This document shows positions 8,339-17,490 of a DNA stretch of 51,561 nucleotides, piece after piece (within the stretch, counting starts at the first letter, position 1; the number at the start of each line of letters is the position of its first letter). A program made the position numbers and the translations under genes. The DNA comes from a bacterium (GTDB lineage Bacteria > Oederibacteriota > PGYV01 > Palsa-1178): the NCBI GenBank assembly GCA_037138355.1, contig JBAXIL010000007.1, forward strand, positions 1-51,561. Direction: 5' to 3'. The notes under the pieces are model-generated. The model saw only the letters and a list, made by a program, of their open reading frames with translations, did not search any database and had not been told where the DNA came from.

Positions 8339-8761
8339 TTATTTCAAAAGAACAACACCTGCTATGACACACAAAACTCCAATGAGTTTTGGGATAGTAA
8401 CTGCCTCGCCAAGTAAAAGCGTACCAAGAATAAAAGAAACAAGAGGAAAACTTCCTGCCACAGGAATGATTTTTGAGACATCCCCTTGTTGAAGTGCTGT
8501 ATAATAAAATATCTGCCCAACTATAGCCGCAAGAGCTGCACTAACTACAAGTAATAAAGCGCTACTCCAAGTCACATTCTTCGCATAATCAGGATTTTTA
8601 GCAAGCAATGCCCAAAGGACCAAAGCTCCTATGGCAATACCCAAACTCCTTATTACCACACCGAGCATAGGATTCATACCTTTACCCAAAGCGATTTTTT
8701 CCATTATTGGCACTGAGCCCCAAATAACAGCAGTGATTATAGCAAACCAAAATGCTTTCAT
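8339..8761 (-). CDS. EamA/DMT family small transporter (single repeat)
   Basis: About 5 TM segments. 'FYYTALQQGDVSKIIP' and 'LLLGEAVT'. Start moved to the ATG at 8761 behind a GGAGG RBS. Confidence 0.85.
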   Translation of the reverse strand: MKAFWFAIITAVIWGSVPIMEKIALGKGMNPMLGVVIRSLGIAIGALVLWALLAKNPDYAKNVTWSSALLLVVSAALAAIVGQIFYYTALQQGDVSKIIPVAGSFPLVSFILGTLLLGEAVTIPKLIGVLCVIAGVVLLK

Positions 8762-8786
8762 ACGCACCTCCGTTTAAAAAAAATAA

Positions 8787-9344
8787 TTATTTTTTAATTT
8801 TAGCAATTGTGATTGTTTTTTGTGCTTGATACTTGCCTTTTTTATCTGCATAAGAGGTCTTACATACCTGCTCTGCTTTTAAAAATACTACCTGTGCTAT
8901 ACCTTCATTTGCATAAAGCTTAGCAGGTCTGGTTGTTAGATTAGCAATAGAAATAGTGACGAAACCCTCCCACTCTGGTTCAAAAGGTGTGACATTGACT
9001 ATCACTCCACTTCTGGCATAAGTAGATTTTCCAAAGGTTATTGTGAGTATATCGCGGGGTATTTTAAAATACTCAATGGATCTTGCTAAAACATAAGAGT
9101 TTGGTGGAATAATGCACACAGGCCCTTTAAATTCAGTAAAATGTGAGTCATTAAAATCCTTTGGATCTGCGAACTTTGTTGCTTCAGCATTAAATATCTT
9201 GAACTCATCGGCTATACGCATATCATAACCATAAGAAGAAACACCAAAAGAGATTACGCCTTTTCCTACTTGACTTGATTCAAAAGGAGCAATCATGCCT
9301 TTTTTCGCCTGTTTTATAATCCAAGTGTCGCTCATTACGCCCAT
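8787..9344 (-). CDS. dcd: dCTP deaminase
   Basis: Motifs '[13 protein letters not shown]', 'GKSTYARSG', 'TPFEPEWEG' and '[10 protein letters not shown]'. Confidence 0.96.
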   Translation of the reverse strand: MGVMSDTWIIKQAKKGMIAPFESSQVGKGVISFGVSSYGYDMRIADEFKIFNAEATKFADPKDFNDSHFTEFKGPVCIIPPNSYVLARSIEYFKIPRDILTITFGKSTYARSGVIVNVTPFEPEWEGFVTISIANLTTRPAKLYANEGIAQVVFLKAEQVCKTSYADKKGKYQAQKTITIAKIKK

Positions 9345-9430
9345 ATTGCACCTCGTGTGTTTTATTATTCCTTTGTGTTCATTCTAATACATTATGGGCT
9401 ATTTGTAATTAGAATTATTAATTAGATTGA

Positions 9431-9459
9431 TTGACACTTACAGCATAAGGGCTTAAGAT
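9431..9459 (+). promoter_or_regulatory. Putative sigma70 promoter of the SDR gene
   Basis: TTGACA (9431-9436), 17 nt, TAAGAT (9454-9459). AAAGGAG RBS at 9481-9487. Confidence 0.6.
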
Positions 9460-9494
9460 ATGCAGGTCTTAAATCAAACTAAAGGAGTACTTCA

Positions 9495-10211
9495 ATGAAT
9501 TTAAAAGGCAAAGTTATTGTTATTACAGGTGCCACTCGTGGGCTTGGTTATGCTATGGCAGAAAAGCTCGCCACAGTAGGAGCAAAAGTTATTATGGCAT
9601 GCAGACAAAAAGCCACAGGTTTGAAATCAGTAAACAAACTAAAAGCTAAAGGTTTAGATGTTATTTTTTATAAGTGCGATGTAGAAAAGGTTTCAGAGAT
9701 TGACGCCTTTGCCGCTTTGCTATCAAAGAAATATTCTTCTATAGATGTATTAATTAACAATGCCGGAATTAACTCCGAAGCTACGAGTACCACTATTGAA
9801 AAAGTTGATATGAGCATCTTTGAAAAAGTAATGAATGTGAATGTCCGTGGCACCTTGAGAACTATATCCAAGCTATTGCCTCTTTTAAAAAAATCAAAAG
9901 AAGCAAGAATAATTAATTTTTCTTCAGGTTTGGCTCAATTATCTGTACCGAGAATGGGACCACAAATATCATATAGCATAGCCAAAACAGCAGTCAATCA
10001 ACTTACTTGGACTTTTGCTGACCACTTAAAAGCTACTAAGGTCAAAGTTTTCTGCGTAGATCCTGGTTGGGTTAAAACGGATTTGGGTGGACCTTCTGCT
10101 ATGTTAGAAATAAGCGAAGGCATAGATACTCCTGTATGGTTAGCAACTGAAGACATTAAGAAACTTAAATCAGGATTCTTTTACAAAGAAAGAAAAATAC
10201 TTGCCTGGTAG
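9495..10211 (+). CDS. Short-chain dehydrogenase/reductase (carbonyl reductase-like)
   Basis: TGxxxGxG ('TGATRGLG'), 'NNAG', YxxxK ('YSIAK') and 'PGWVKTDLGG'. Confidence 0.92.
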   Translation: MNLKGKVIVITGATRGLGYAMAEKLATVGAKVIMACRQKATGLKSVNKLKAKGLDVIFYKCDVEKVSEIDAFAALLSKKYSSIDVLINNAGINSEATSTTIEKVDMSIFEKVMNVNVRGTLRTISKLLPLLKKSKEARIINFSSGLAQLSVPRMGPQISYSIAKTAVNQLTWTFADHLKATKVKVFCVDPGWVKTDLGGPSAMLEISEGIDTPVWLATEDIKKLKSGFFYKERKILAW

Positions 10212-10218
10212 GATTGTT

Positions 10219-10608
10219 TTAAAGCTTCTTGGTTTCCATTATGCACTTTGCGTCTATACCACCGCGCCTATTATAAACAGTTTCCACGCATAGATATTTA
10301 GGTGTAAGAAGTTTTTTTAAATCATTAAAAATTCTATCTGTGGCTTTTTCCTGATAGATTCCCACATTTCTAAAAGAAATAAAATAATATTTAAGTGATT
10401 TTAATTCTACGAGCTTATTTTCTGGGATATACCGTATAACAACTTCTGCCATATCAGGAAGTCCTGAAAACGGACATACAGCTGTGAACTCATTTGTTTT
10501 ATATTCTATCAACTGCTCTCCACCTGTATATGCTATGGTCTCCAAGACCTTGCTATCTATATCTGATTCAGGTTGAAATTTGTATTTTTTTCCTTCTGCT
10601 TTAGCCAT
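10219..10608 (-). CDS. queF: NADPH-dependent preQ0 reductase QueF (unimodular)
   Basis: 'EFTAVCPFSGLPD' with the catalytic Cys and Asp, QueF motif 'ELKSLKYY', and 'RGGI'. Confidence 0.93.
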   Translation of the reverse strand: MAKAEGKKYKFQPESDIDSKVLETIAYTGGEQLIEYKTNEFTAVCPFSGLPDMAEVVIRYIPENKLVELKSLKYYFISFRNVGIYQEKATDRIFNDLKKLLTPKYLCVETVYNRRGGIDAKCIMETKKL

Positions 10609-10694
10609 TATGAAGCTCCTTTATTTCTATATTAGAAATCACTTCCAATATGGGCATTATAACACATTTTTATGCTGTTTTTGATATTTTTAAA

Positions 10695-12890
10695 TTATAA
10701 GGTATTCACAGGGTCAATAATAATCGCATAATCTATTCCACGGGTTGCTTGCTTTACTGCCCTGCCTAACATATTTAAGCTTTTGGCGTTCTTACTTTTT
10801 AAAATAATGCTCACTCTATACTTATTTCTCAATTTTGAGAGTGGCGCTTCAGCAGGACCTAAAACAAATATCATTTTCATTCCTTCTTTATGAATCGTCT
10901 TTTGTATTATTTCTGCTATATTTTCAGCATCCTTAAAAGCCTTTTCTTCATTTTCATGCTGTATTATGAACTGCATTATTTTCCCAAATGGTGGATAACC
11001 AAGCTCTTTTCTTAGCTTTAGCTGCTCGTCATAAAATTTTTCCGTTTCATACTTCCTTGTCATTTCTATAGCTGTGTTTTGCGGATTAAAGGTCTGTATG
11101 ACCACCTTACCTGGTTTATCACCACGACCTGTTCTACCTGCCACCTGCATAAGCAGTTCAAAAACTCTTTCTTCCGACCTAAAATCAGGAAGGTTTAAAA
11201 CCGTATCTATGCTGACTACGCCCACAAAGGTCACTTCAGGAAAATCAAATCCTTTGGTTATCATTTGCGTCCCTATGAGTATATCTATTTCTTTGTTTTT
11301 AATTCTGTTGTAAACATTAAAATATTCTGACTTATCTGACATAGAGTCCATATCTATTCTTTCTACTTTTTTGTCTGGAAAAAACTGATTTATGACATCC
11401 TCCACCCTTTGTGTCCCTGCCCCTTTGTATGCTATTGGTTTTTTACAAGCAGGACATATAAGTGCTGGTGGTTTTTGATAATCACAGTAATGGCACTTAA
11501 GCTTATTGGTGGTCTTATGATACACAAGTGGGATATCACAGTTAATACATTTTTCCACAGTTCCACAAGTCATACAGAAATTATAATTGGAATAACCTCT
11601 GCGAGAAATAAATAAAATCACCTGACCGCCTGCATCCAGTGAGTCATTCATACCCTTAATCAAAGTGTTAGAAAGAAATAGACCATTACTTTTATTAGCA
11701 TCTATTTTTAAATCTACTACTTCTATCTCTGGCATAGGACGCTTTGACACGCGTTCTGGTAACTTTAGCATTTCATATTTTCCGCTTATAGCATTGTGAT
11801 ATGATTCTGCTGAAGGTGTGGCACTACCTAAAACCACTATCGCATTAGCAAGTGTTCCCCTATAAACAGCACAATCGCGCGCGGAATATCTGGGATCGTT
11901 ATCTTGTTTATATGAAGCATCAAACTCTTCATCTACCACTATGAGTCCTACTTTGTCAAAAGGTGCAAATATAGCCGACCTTGTTCCAACCACCACACTT
12001 ACTTCACCTGACTTCATTCTTTCCCATTCGTGCAGGCGCTCGGAAGGTTTTAGTCCGCTATGATATATCGCTGTTTTATCTTGAAATACATTTTTGAAGC
12101 GTTCTGTTACCTGCGGTGTCAAAAAAATCTCAGGAACTAATATAATAACTTGTTTTCCCTGACTTATAGCATGTTGCGCTGCCCTTATATAGACTTCTGT
12201 TTTTCCTGAACCAGTGGTTCCAAATAGCAGAAAAGTGCTATATTTATTGGTATTTATCGCATTTTGTATTTTATCCACTGCAACTTGCTGAAATGAGTTA
12301 AGTGTTATTTTCGCAGTATTTTCTGTTGCTCCAGTTTCTGGTTTTACGCGCTTAGTTTTTATTCCTTTGACCTTATCTTTTTCTTCTATTTCCAGTATTC
12401 CTTTTTTCTGCATTGCGGCTATCACACCATGCAAACCGCTTATCTTCAAATCTTTTTCCATAGTGCTAAACAAGGCCTCATTATGTTCTTTATCTTTTAA
12501 GTATTCCGCCACATCCATTTGTCTGCCTGAAAGCTCTATGGTTTCATTTATTAATCTTACTGATTTTTTTGATACGATTTTATATAAAGGTGCGAGTATA
12601 GAAGAAAATACAGCCCCAGGCGCAGATAAATAATAATCAGAAATCCATAAACCGAGTTTTATTAGGTCAGGACTTATAACAGGTTTGTCATCAAGAAAGG
12701 CCTTTATGGATTTTATTTTTTCAGCCGGAATGTCCGCAGTTTCTGATACTTCTATCACAAGCCCAGTTGCCGTCTTGCTTCCAAGTGGCACTATCACACG
12801 GCAGCCAATGGCTTCTTGCCCTGCATTAGGAGTTTTATATGTGAGTAAGTTATCTATGTTTGAAAAGACAGCAGTTCGTAAGTAGCTCAT
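10695..12890 (-). CDS. priA: Primosomal protein N' (replication restart helicase)
   Basis: 'GTTGSGKTEVY', 'LVPEI', 'GTRSAIFAP', 'LGSATPS', four CxxC motifs, 'QVAGRTGR' and 'YPPF'. Confidence 0.97.
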   Translation of the reverse strand: MSYLRTAVFSNIDNLLTYKTPNAGQEAIGCRVIVPLGSKTATGLVIEVSETADIPAEKIKSIKAFLDDKPVISPDLIKLGLWISDYYLSAPGAVFSSILAPLYKIVSKKSVRLINETIELSGRQMDVAEYLKDKEHNEALFSTMEKDLKISGLHGVIAAMQKKGILEIEEKDKVKGIKTKRVKPETGATENTAKITLNSFQQVAVDKIQNAINTNKYSTFLLFGTTGSGKTEVYIRAAQHAISQGKQVIILVPEIFLTPQVTERFKNVFQDKTAIYHSGLKPSERLHEWERMKSGEVSVVVGTRSAIFAPFDKVGLIVVDEEFDASYKQDNDPRYSARDCAVYRGTLANAIVVLGSATPSAESYHNAISGKYEMLKLPERVSKRPMPEIEVVDLKIDANKSNGLFLSNTLIKGMNDSLDAGGQVILFISRRGYSNYNFCMTCGTVEKCINCDIPLVYHKTTNKLKCHYCDYQKPPALICPACKKPIAYKGAGTQRVEDVINQFFPDKKVERIDMDSMSDKSEYFNVYNRIKNKEIDILIGTQMITKGFDFPEVTFVGVVSIDTVLNLPDFRSEERVFELLMQVAGRTGRGDKPGKVVIQTFNPQNTAIEMTRKYETEKFYDEQLKLRKELGYPPFGKIMQFIIQHENEEKAFKDAENIAEIIQKTIHKEGMKMIFVLGPAEAPLSKLRNKYRVSIILKSKNAKSLNMLGRAVKQATRGIDYAIIIDPVNTL

Positions 12891-13088
12891 TGGTTCCCTT
12901 TTTTAAGCTTGTGTTTTGTCATATGAATACCTTCATGTTTACTTGCCAAATCATTAATCAAGTATAACATAATACCAAAAAATGGTAATTGAATTTTCTC
13001 TTACTTAAAGTACTTTATGCAGGTCTTGACATTATCAGTCATAGGTATTATTATTGCTATTAAGATAATTACTATAAGGATGGTAAAA

Positions 13089-13595
13089 ATGACAAAAAAT
13101 TTATTATTCGTTTCAATATTTTTTCTTTTATTTACAACAGTAATTATAGCTGATGACACTGCCACAAATATGTCCCCAACAACTCAATATACAAACGCTA
13201 TAGGCATTGATGTAGGTATGATTGGCAGAGCACTGCCAGGCATTTCATATACAAGAACAGTTGATAAAGCACTTTCTTACTCGTTTTTTCTTGGAGCAAT
13301 GTATGATGCAGACATATCTATGGTATTGCTCGAAGCAAATGCTTATTATTTATTAAACGAATACTTTTATGTTGGACTCGGCGCAAGCGCTGCTTTAGAT
13401 GAGGATGGGTCTGCAGTTTTTGGAGTTGCTAATCCATCTGTTGGTATGATTTCTGCTGTGACTGATAATATAAAGTTTTATGTGGAAACAACCGTTCTCA
13501 TTTTTTCATACAGAACAAAAGCTGACCTTGACTCTCATATCGTAATCGGAAGCCCAAGTCCTATTTTCAAAACAGGTATCAGGTATTATTTCTAA
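13089..13595 (+). CDS. Putative outer-membrane beta-barrel protein
   Basis: Signal peptide from MTKNLLFVSIFF, amphipathic strands, C-terminal 'KTGIRYYF'. Start placed at ATG 13089, downstream of TTGACA-17-TATTAT at 13026-13054 (ORF track start 13017). Confidence 0.65.
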   Translation: MTKNLLFVSIFFLLFTTVIIADDTATNMSPTTQYTNAIGIDVGMIGRALPGISYTRTVDKALSYSFFLGAMYDADISMVLLEANAYYLLNEYFYVGLGASAALDEDGSAVFGVANPSVGMISAVTDNIKFYVETTVLIFSYRTKADLDSHIVIGSPSPIFKTGIRYYF

Positions 13596-13599
13596 ACTG

Positions 13600-14406
13600 C
13601 TATTTGTGAGATAAAAACTTTACTGCCTCTTCAAACTCTTCTGCATTAATAAATGTATCTTTACAAGGGCCATTAGGTCTTTTATTAGTTATTCCTATTA
13701 TCGGAATATAGTGTGGACTATCCATCATACCTGCCACCAAATCTCTTTCGCAAGCCACACCTATTATGGCATCAGGCCTAACCTTTTTTACCATTTGCCT
13801 CGCAGATGAACCGCCTGTCGCAGTAAATGCCTTGCATCCATACTTTTCAGTAATTTCTACTACTTTTGTACGGCTCTCTTTATCCAAACATCTTGGCAAC
13901 AACACTAACAGATTTTTAGCAACAAACTGCTTTTTTGTTGTGTAAATTAAGGCATTATTTACCTTTATTAGAGAATGTCCTATTCTATCTTTTGATATTT
14001 TAAAAAGTGAAGCGATTTTATATATAACTGGATAGAGCCACTCTAAGTGTAATCCTTCTTTTTTTGAAATGAAAACAAAGTTAATTCCTGTAGCTACTGT
14101 CAGTAGAACTAAAAATGAATATATATAAATTACTCCAAATACAACAATTAAAGCCCAAAACACTATGGTCTCAACTGGTGCATTTAATTGAATTAAGCGT
14201 GGGGATATAAGATAATATCCCAGCATAAATAGAACCGAAATAAAAAAAAGTGAAGCAAAGTAAAATATAAGAAAGGTTTGTTTGCCTTCCTTTATCTCTT
14301 TTTCATACTTGGAAAGGTCTCCGACCCACTCACTCCACTCGTCTCCGAGCTTGCGGTCTATATTATCCTTTACCTCGTCTGATAACTGTTTATCATTATC
14401 CGCCAT
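13600..14406 (-). CDS. DUF116 family membrane-anchored protein
   Basis: Two N-terminal TM segments, 'LLPRCL', 'TATGGSSAR', 'IIGVACERDL' and 'NGPCKDT'. Confidence 0.88.
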   Translation of the reverse strand: MADNDKQLSDEVKDNIDRKLGDEWSEWVGDLSKYEKEIKEGKQTFLIFYFASLFFISVLFMLGYYLISPRLIQLNAPVETIVFWALIVVFGVIYIYSFLVLLTVATGINFVFISKKEGLHLEWLYPVIYKIASLFKISKDRIGHSLIKVNNALIYTTKKQFVAKNLLVLLPRCLDKESRTKVVEITEKYGCKAFTATGGSSARQMVKKVRPDAIIGVACERDLVAGMMDSPHYIPIIGITNKRPNGPCKDTFINAEEFEEAVKFLSHK

Positions 14407-14430
14407 TGTTAAACCTTTCTATTTATTTTT

Positions 14431-15225
14431 TTATCTTTTCTTAAAAGGACTAATCGGTTTTATAACAGCCCCTATTGCTAATTGCCTTCCTGTTATGCCT
14501 TTATCCCGCCTATAAGAATAAAACAACTCAGGATTACACGCCGTACATATATCGCATATATGAATATTTTTTGCTTTAAGACCTTCCGCCATAAGCAGAT
14601 TTTTAACTGCCTTCCAAAGGTTCATGTATGTGCGCTTGTGCTTCTTAATAAATATATTACTAAAAACTGGCTGTCTTTGCAATTGATTATAAACTTCAAT
14701 ACCCACTTCATAACAACACGGTCCTATCGCAGGTGATATGGCGGCTATCATATCTTCTGGTTTAGAAGAAAAGATTTTTTCCATTTGCTTTACTGCTTTG
14801 ACAGGTATTTTATTTGCTACACCTTTCCAGCCAGAATGCACTACAGCCACTACATTTTTAGTCGGGTCTATTATCACTGTTCCCACACAATCAGCCAACC
14901 GCACTCCTGCAGCTATACCTTTTATATTTGAGATTATTCCATCCGCACTTGTATTGAGAGTTTTTTTAACATCAACTAAAACTTTATTTTTTAGAATTAC
15001 TACTCTATCACCATGTACTTGCTTGGAAGTGCTCACATACTTTATTCCTAATGCCTTTTCTATTTTTTTTATATCTGAGTTTAATAAATCATACGACTTG
15101 CTTTTGCTGCTGCCTTTACGCAAAGTAAAAGCTTGTAAAAAGTTTGAGTTATTATTTATAGCATTACTCATAATAAACTTGGTTTTATTTTTAACTACGA
15201 GACTATAACCTTTTGGTAAGTTCAT
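14431..15225 (-). CDS. pgeF: Peptidoglycan editing factor PgeF (YfiH/YlmD family)
   Basis: Motifs 'QVHGD', 'ADG', 'LADC', 'HSGWKG', 'PAIGPCCYEVG' and 'FYSYRR'. Lies downstream of ftsZ. Confidence 0.95.
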   Translation of the reverse strand: MNLPKGYSLVVKNKTKFIMSNAINNNSNFLQAFTLRKGSSKSKSYDLLNSDIKKIEKALGIKYVSTSKQVHGDRVVILKNKVLVDVKKTLNTSADGIISNIKGIAAGVRLADCVGTVIIDPTKNVVAVVHSGWKGVANKIPVKAVKQMEKIFSSKPEDMIAAISPAIGPCCYEVGIEVYNQLQRQPVFSNIFIKKHKRTYMNLWKAVKNLLMAEGLKAKNIHICDICTACNPELFYSYRRDKGITGRQLAIGAVIKPISPFKKR

Positions 15226-16307
15226 TGTATTTTGGCAAGATATTGTATGATTCCATTAGCAATACTCATAGCCACCTTATCTTTAAAGTCTGCATTATCA
15301 AGCTTTTGTTCTTCTTTTGGATTGGATATAAATGCAATTTCCACTAACACAGATGGCATATATGTATTTGCAATTACATAAAACGGGGCTCTTTCAGTTG
15401 GCAACCATTTTAGTCTTAAACCTGAAATTAAGTTTTGTTGTATATTTCCTGCCGCTTCTATACTTAAATATTCATAAGCACTCTTCCTTAAATCATTCAT
15501 AAGAAAATCAAAAGCACCCATTCTCTTATTTTCAAACTTTGCCGCCTCAGAGGCTTCCTTAGATGATGCCACGCGGTCATATATATATGATCTGGTTCCA
15601 GCTGCTGACCTATTATCTGAAGCATTGCAATGAATACTCACAAATAAGTCAGCTTTTCTCACATTTGCAAAAACAGCCCTATTCTTAAGCGTTATAAAGT
15701 CATCTGTGTTTCTGGTTAATAATATGTCTGCATTATAGTCTCTTAAATGTTGCTTTACAAGCTGTGCCACACTCAAAACTACATCTTTTTCACGCAATCC
15801 ATTATATCCAGTGGCACCTGGATCATTGCCCCCATGACCTGGATCCAAAACTATTAATTTTCTTGCCGATGCTTTTTTTGTAGTTTGAGCAATTATGCCT
15901 ATAGCTGGAGTTTGCACAAATATAGGAACATTCTGCTCATTTTCATTTATTGAATTGTCTTGTGGGGTAATAATTTCCTGAACTGATGCAATAGTATTAT
16001 CTACTTCCGCAAATACTATTGCTTTTATAGTAGCAGCAGTATTACTACTGATAAATAAAACTCCGTCTTGAAGATATGGAGGGGTGTCAATTCTAAACAT
16101 TTTCCCATTTGATATGACATATGGATAATTCAGCATTACTTTTGCACTTCTATACTTGTTTTTTATTTCGACTTTTTCAAGCTTCCAGTCATAAGTAATT
16201 TTAGCCCCTGAACTTTCAAGAGAATCAAGCCTTACAAACTCATCAGCCGCACGCAAAAGTCCAGTCATGGCAACAAACATTAATGCTGCCAAAAAAACTT
16301 TTTTCAT
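15222..16307 (-). CDS. N-acetylmuramoyl-L-alanine amidase (Amidase_3), exported
   Basis: Signal peptide, 'LDPGHGGNDPGA', 'EKDVVL', 'FVSIHCN' and 'VLVEIAFISN'. Confidence 0.93.
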   Translation of the reverse strand: MKKVFLAALMFVAMTGLLRAADEFVRLDSLESSGAKITYDWKLEKVEIKNKYRSAKVMLNYPYVISNGKMFRIDTPPYLQDGVLFISSNTAATIKAIVFAEVDNTIASVQEIITPQDNSINENEQNVPIFVQTPAIGIIAQTTKKASARKLIVLDPGHGGNDPGATGYNGLREKDVVLSVAQLVKQHLRDYNADILLTRNTDDFITLKNRAVFANVRKADLFVSIHCNASDNRSAAGTRSYIYDRVASSKEASEAAKFENKRMGAFDFLMNDLRKSAYEYLSIEAAGNIQQNLISGLRLKWLPTERAPFYVIANTYMPSVLVEIAFISNPKEEQKLDNADFKDKVAMSIANGIIQYLAKIQ

Positions 16308-16338
16308 TTATACCTCTACAATATTTTTTTTGCTAACT

Positions 16339-17478
16339 TTAATTATATCCTACTGTATTCCTTTGGAATGTTGGTATCTCAGCATCTACATAATCATTGT
16401 CCATAATGTTTTTTATCTTAATTGAACCTCTGTTTGAAGACCTTGCTTCCCTATTAGAAATTATTTCATCTGGATTTACTATTATTACAGGTTTATTGTT
16501 TATACCTGAAATAAGTAGTACTACTTCTATTTCATTGCCCAAAGACATGTCATTTACAACTCCGTATTTAAGACCTACATCATTGCCTGTCAACTTCGTC
16601 AAATTTTCTATTTCTTTTAAATCACTAAGTCCTATATTTCCTGTAAAGTTTATAAGCAATTCCTTCGCCCCATTAATATCCATCTCGCCAATATATTTAT
16701 TATTAAGTGCTAACTCAAGAGCTTTTTTGGATCTGTCTGTCCCGCTCGCTCTACCAATACCTAAGAAAGTATCACCTTTTTGTTTCAAAGCCGTTTTAAC
16801 ATCTTCAAAATCTATGTTTTGCATACCAGTAATCACAATCATATTTACTATACCATTTACTGTTTCTATCAAAGCCCGATTAACTTCTTTGTATGCGTCT
16901 GGAATTGACATTCCTTTTTCACATACCTCATTCATTTTTTCATTTGATATCGTGATTACTGAGTGTACTTTATCTCTCAATTTAGCAGTAGCATCCTCAA
17001 CTCTTTTTTTCTTTCCTGAATTTCTAAGTTCCACTTTAAAAGGCGTAATTATAACAGCCACTGTAAGTATGTCTAAGCTTCTTGCAATATCAGCAATAAC
17101 TGGTGCCGCACCTGAACCTGTGCCACCACCTAAACCACAAGTGATAAACAACATATCTGTCCCACGCAGTGCATTTTCCAGTGTTTCTCTATCCTCTTCT
17201 GCTGCGGCCGCACCTTTTTCAGCATTACTTCCTGCTCCGCCGCCTCTCGTAATTAATTTTCCTATCTGTATCTTGTTCTCTACATTGGTGAGCTTCATTG
17301 ACTGCAGGTCCGTATTTACAGCGATTAAATCTGCAGCCTTTAAATCGAAGTCTGCCATGTCATTAATGATATTGCAACCGCAACCACCCACACCTATTAC
17401 TTTGATCTTAATGCCATTTGCTTTTTCTTGTTCTGGTTCCGCATACTCAAACTTCAACTTTCCATCTTCTGTGTTCAT
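16339..17478 (-). CDS. ftsZ: Cell division protein FtsZ (divergent)
   Basis: 'IKVIGVGG', 'AVNTD', 'GLGGGTGSGAAP', T7 loop 'NIDFEDV', C-terminal 'EIPTFQR'. Follows ftsA. Confidence 0.96.
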   Translation of the reverse strand: MNTEDGKLKFEYAEPEQEKANGIKIKVIGVGGCGCNIINDMADFDLKAADLIAVNTDLQSMKLTNVENKIQIGKLITRGGGAGSNAEKGAAAAEEDRETLENALRGTDMLFITCGLGGGTGSGAAPVIADIARSLDILTVAVIITPFKVELRNSGKKKRVEDATAKLRDKVHSVITISNEKMNEVCEKGMSIPDAYKEVNRALIETVNGIVNMIVITGMQNIDFEDVKTALKQKGDTFLGIGRASGTDRSKKALELALNNKYIGEMDINGAKELLINFTGNIGLSDLKEIENLTKLTGNDVGLKYGVVNDMSLGNEIEVVLLISGINNKPVIIVNPDEIISNREARSSNRGSIKIKNIMDNDYVDAEIPTFQRNTVGYN

Positions 17479-17490
17479 GTGTAACCTCCC

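Noticed and set aside
8787..10608. queF plus dcd as a 7-deazaguanine DNA-modification system
   Set aside because: No dpdA/tgt paralog or other que/dpd genes are nearby. Both look like ordinary housekeeping copies.
10609..10694. preQ1 riboswitch upstream of queF
   Set aside because: No preQ1 aptamer pattern is recognisable. Only an extended -10 (TGTTATAAT) and an RBS are seen.
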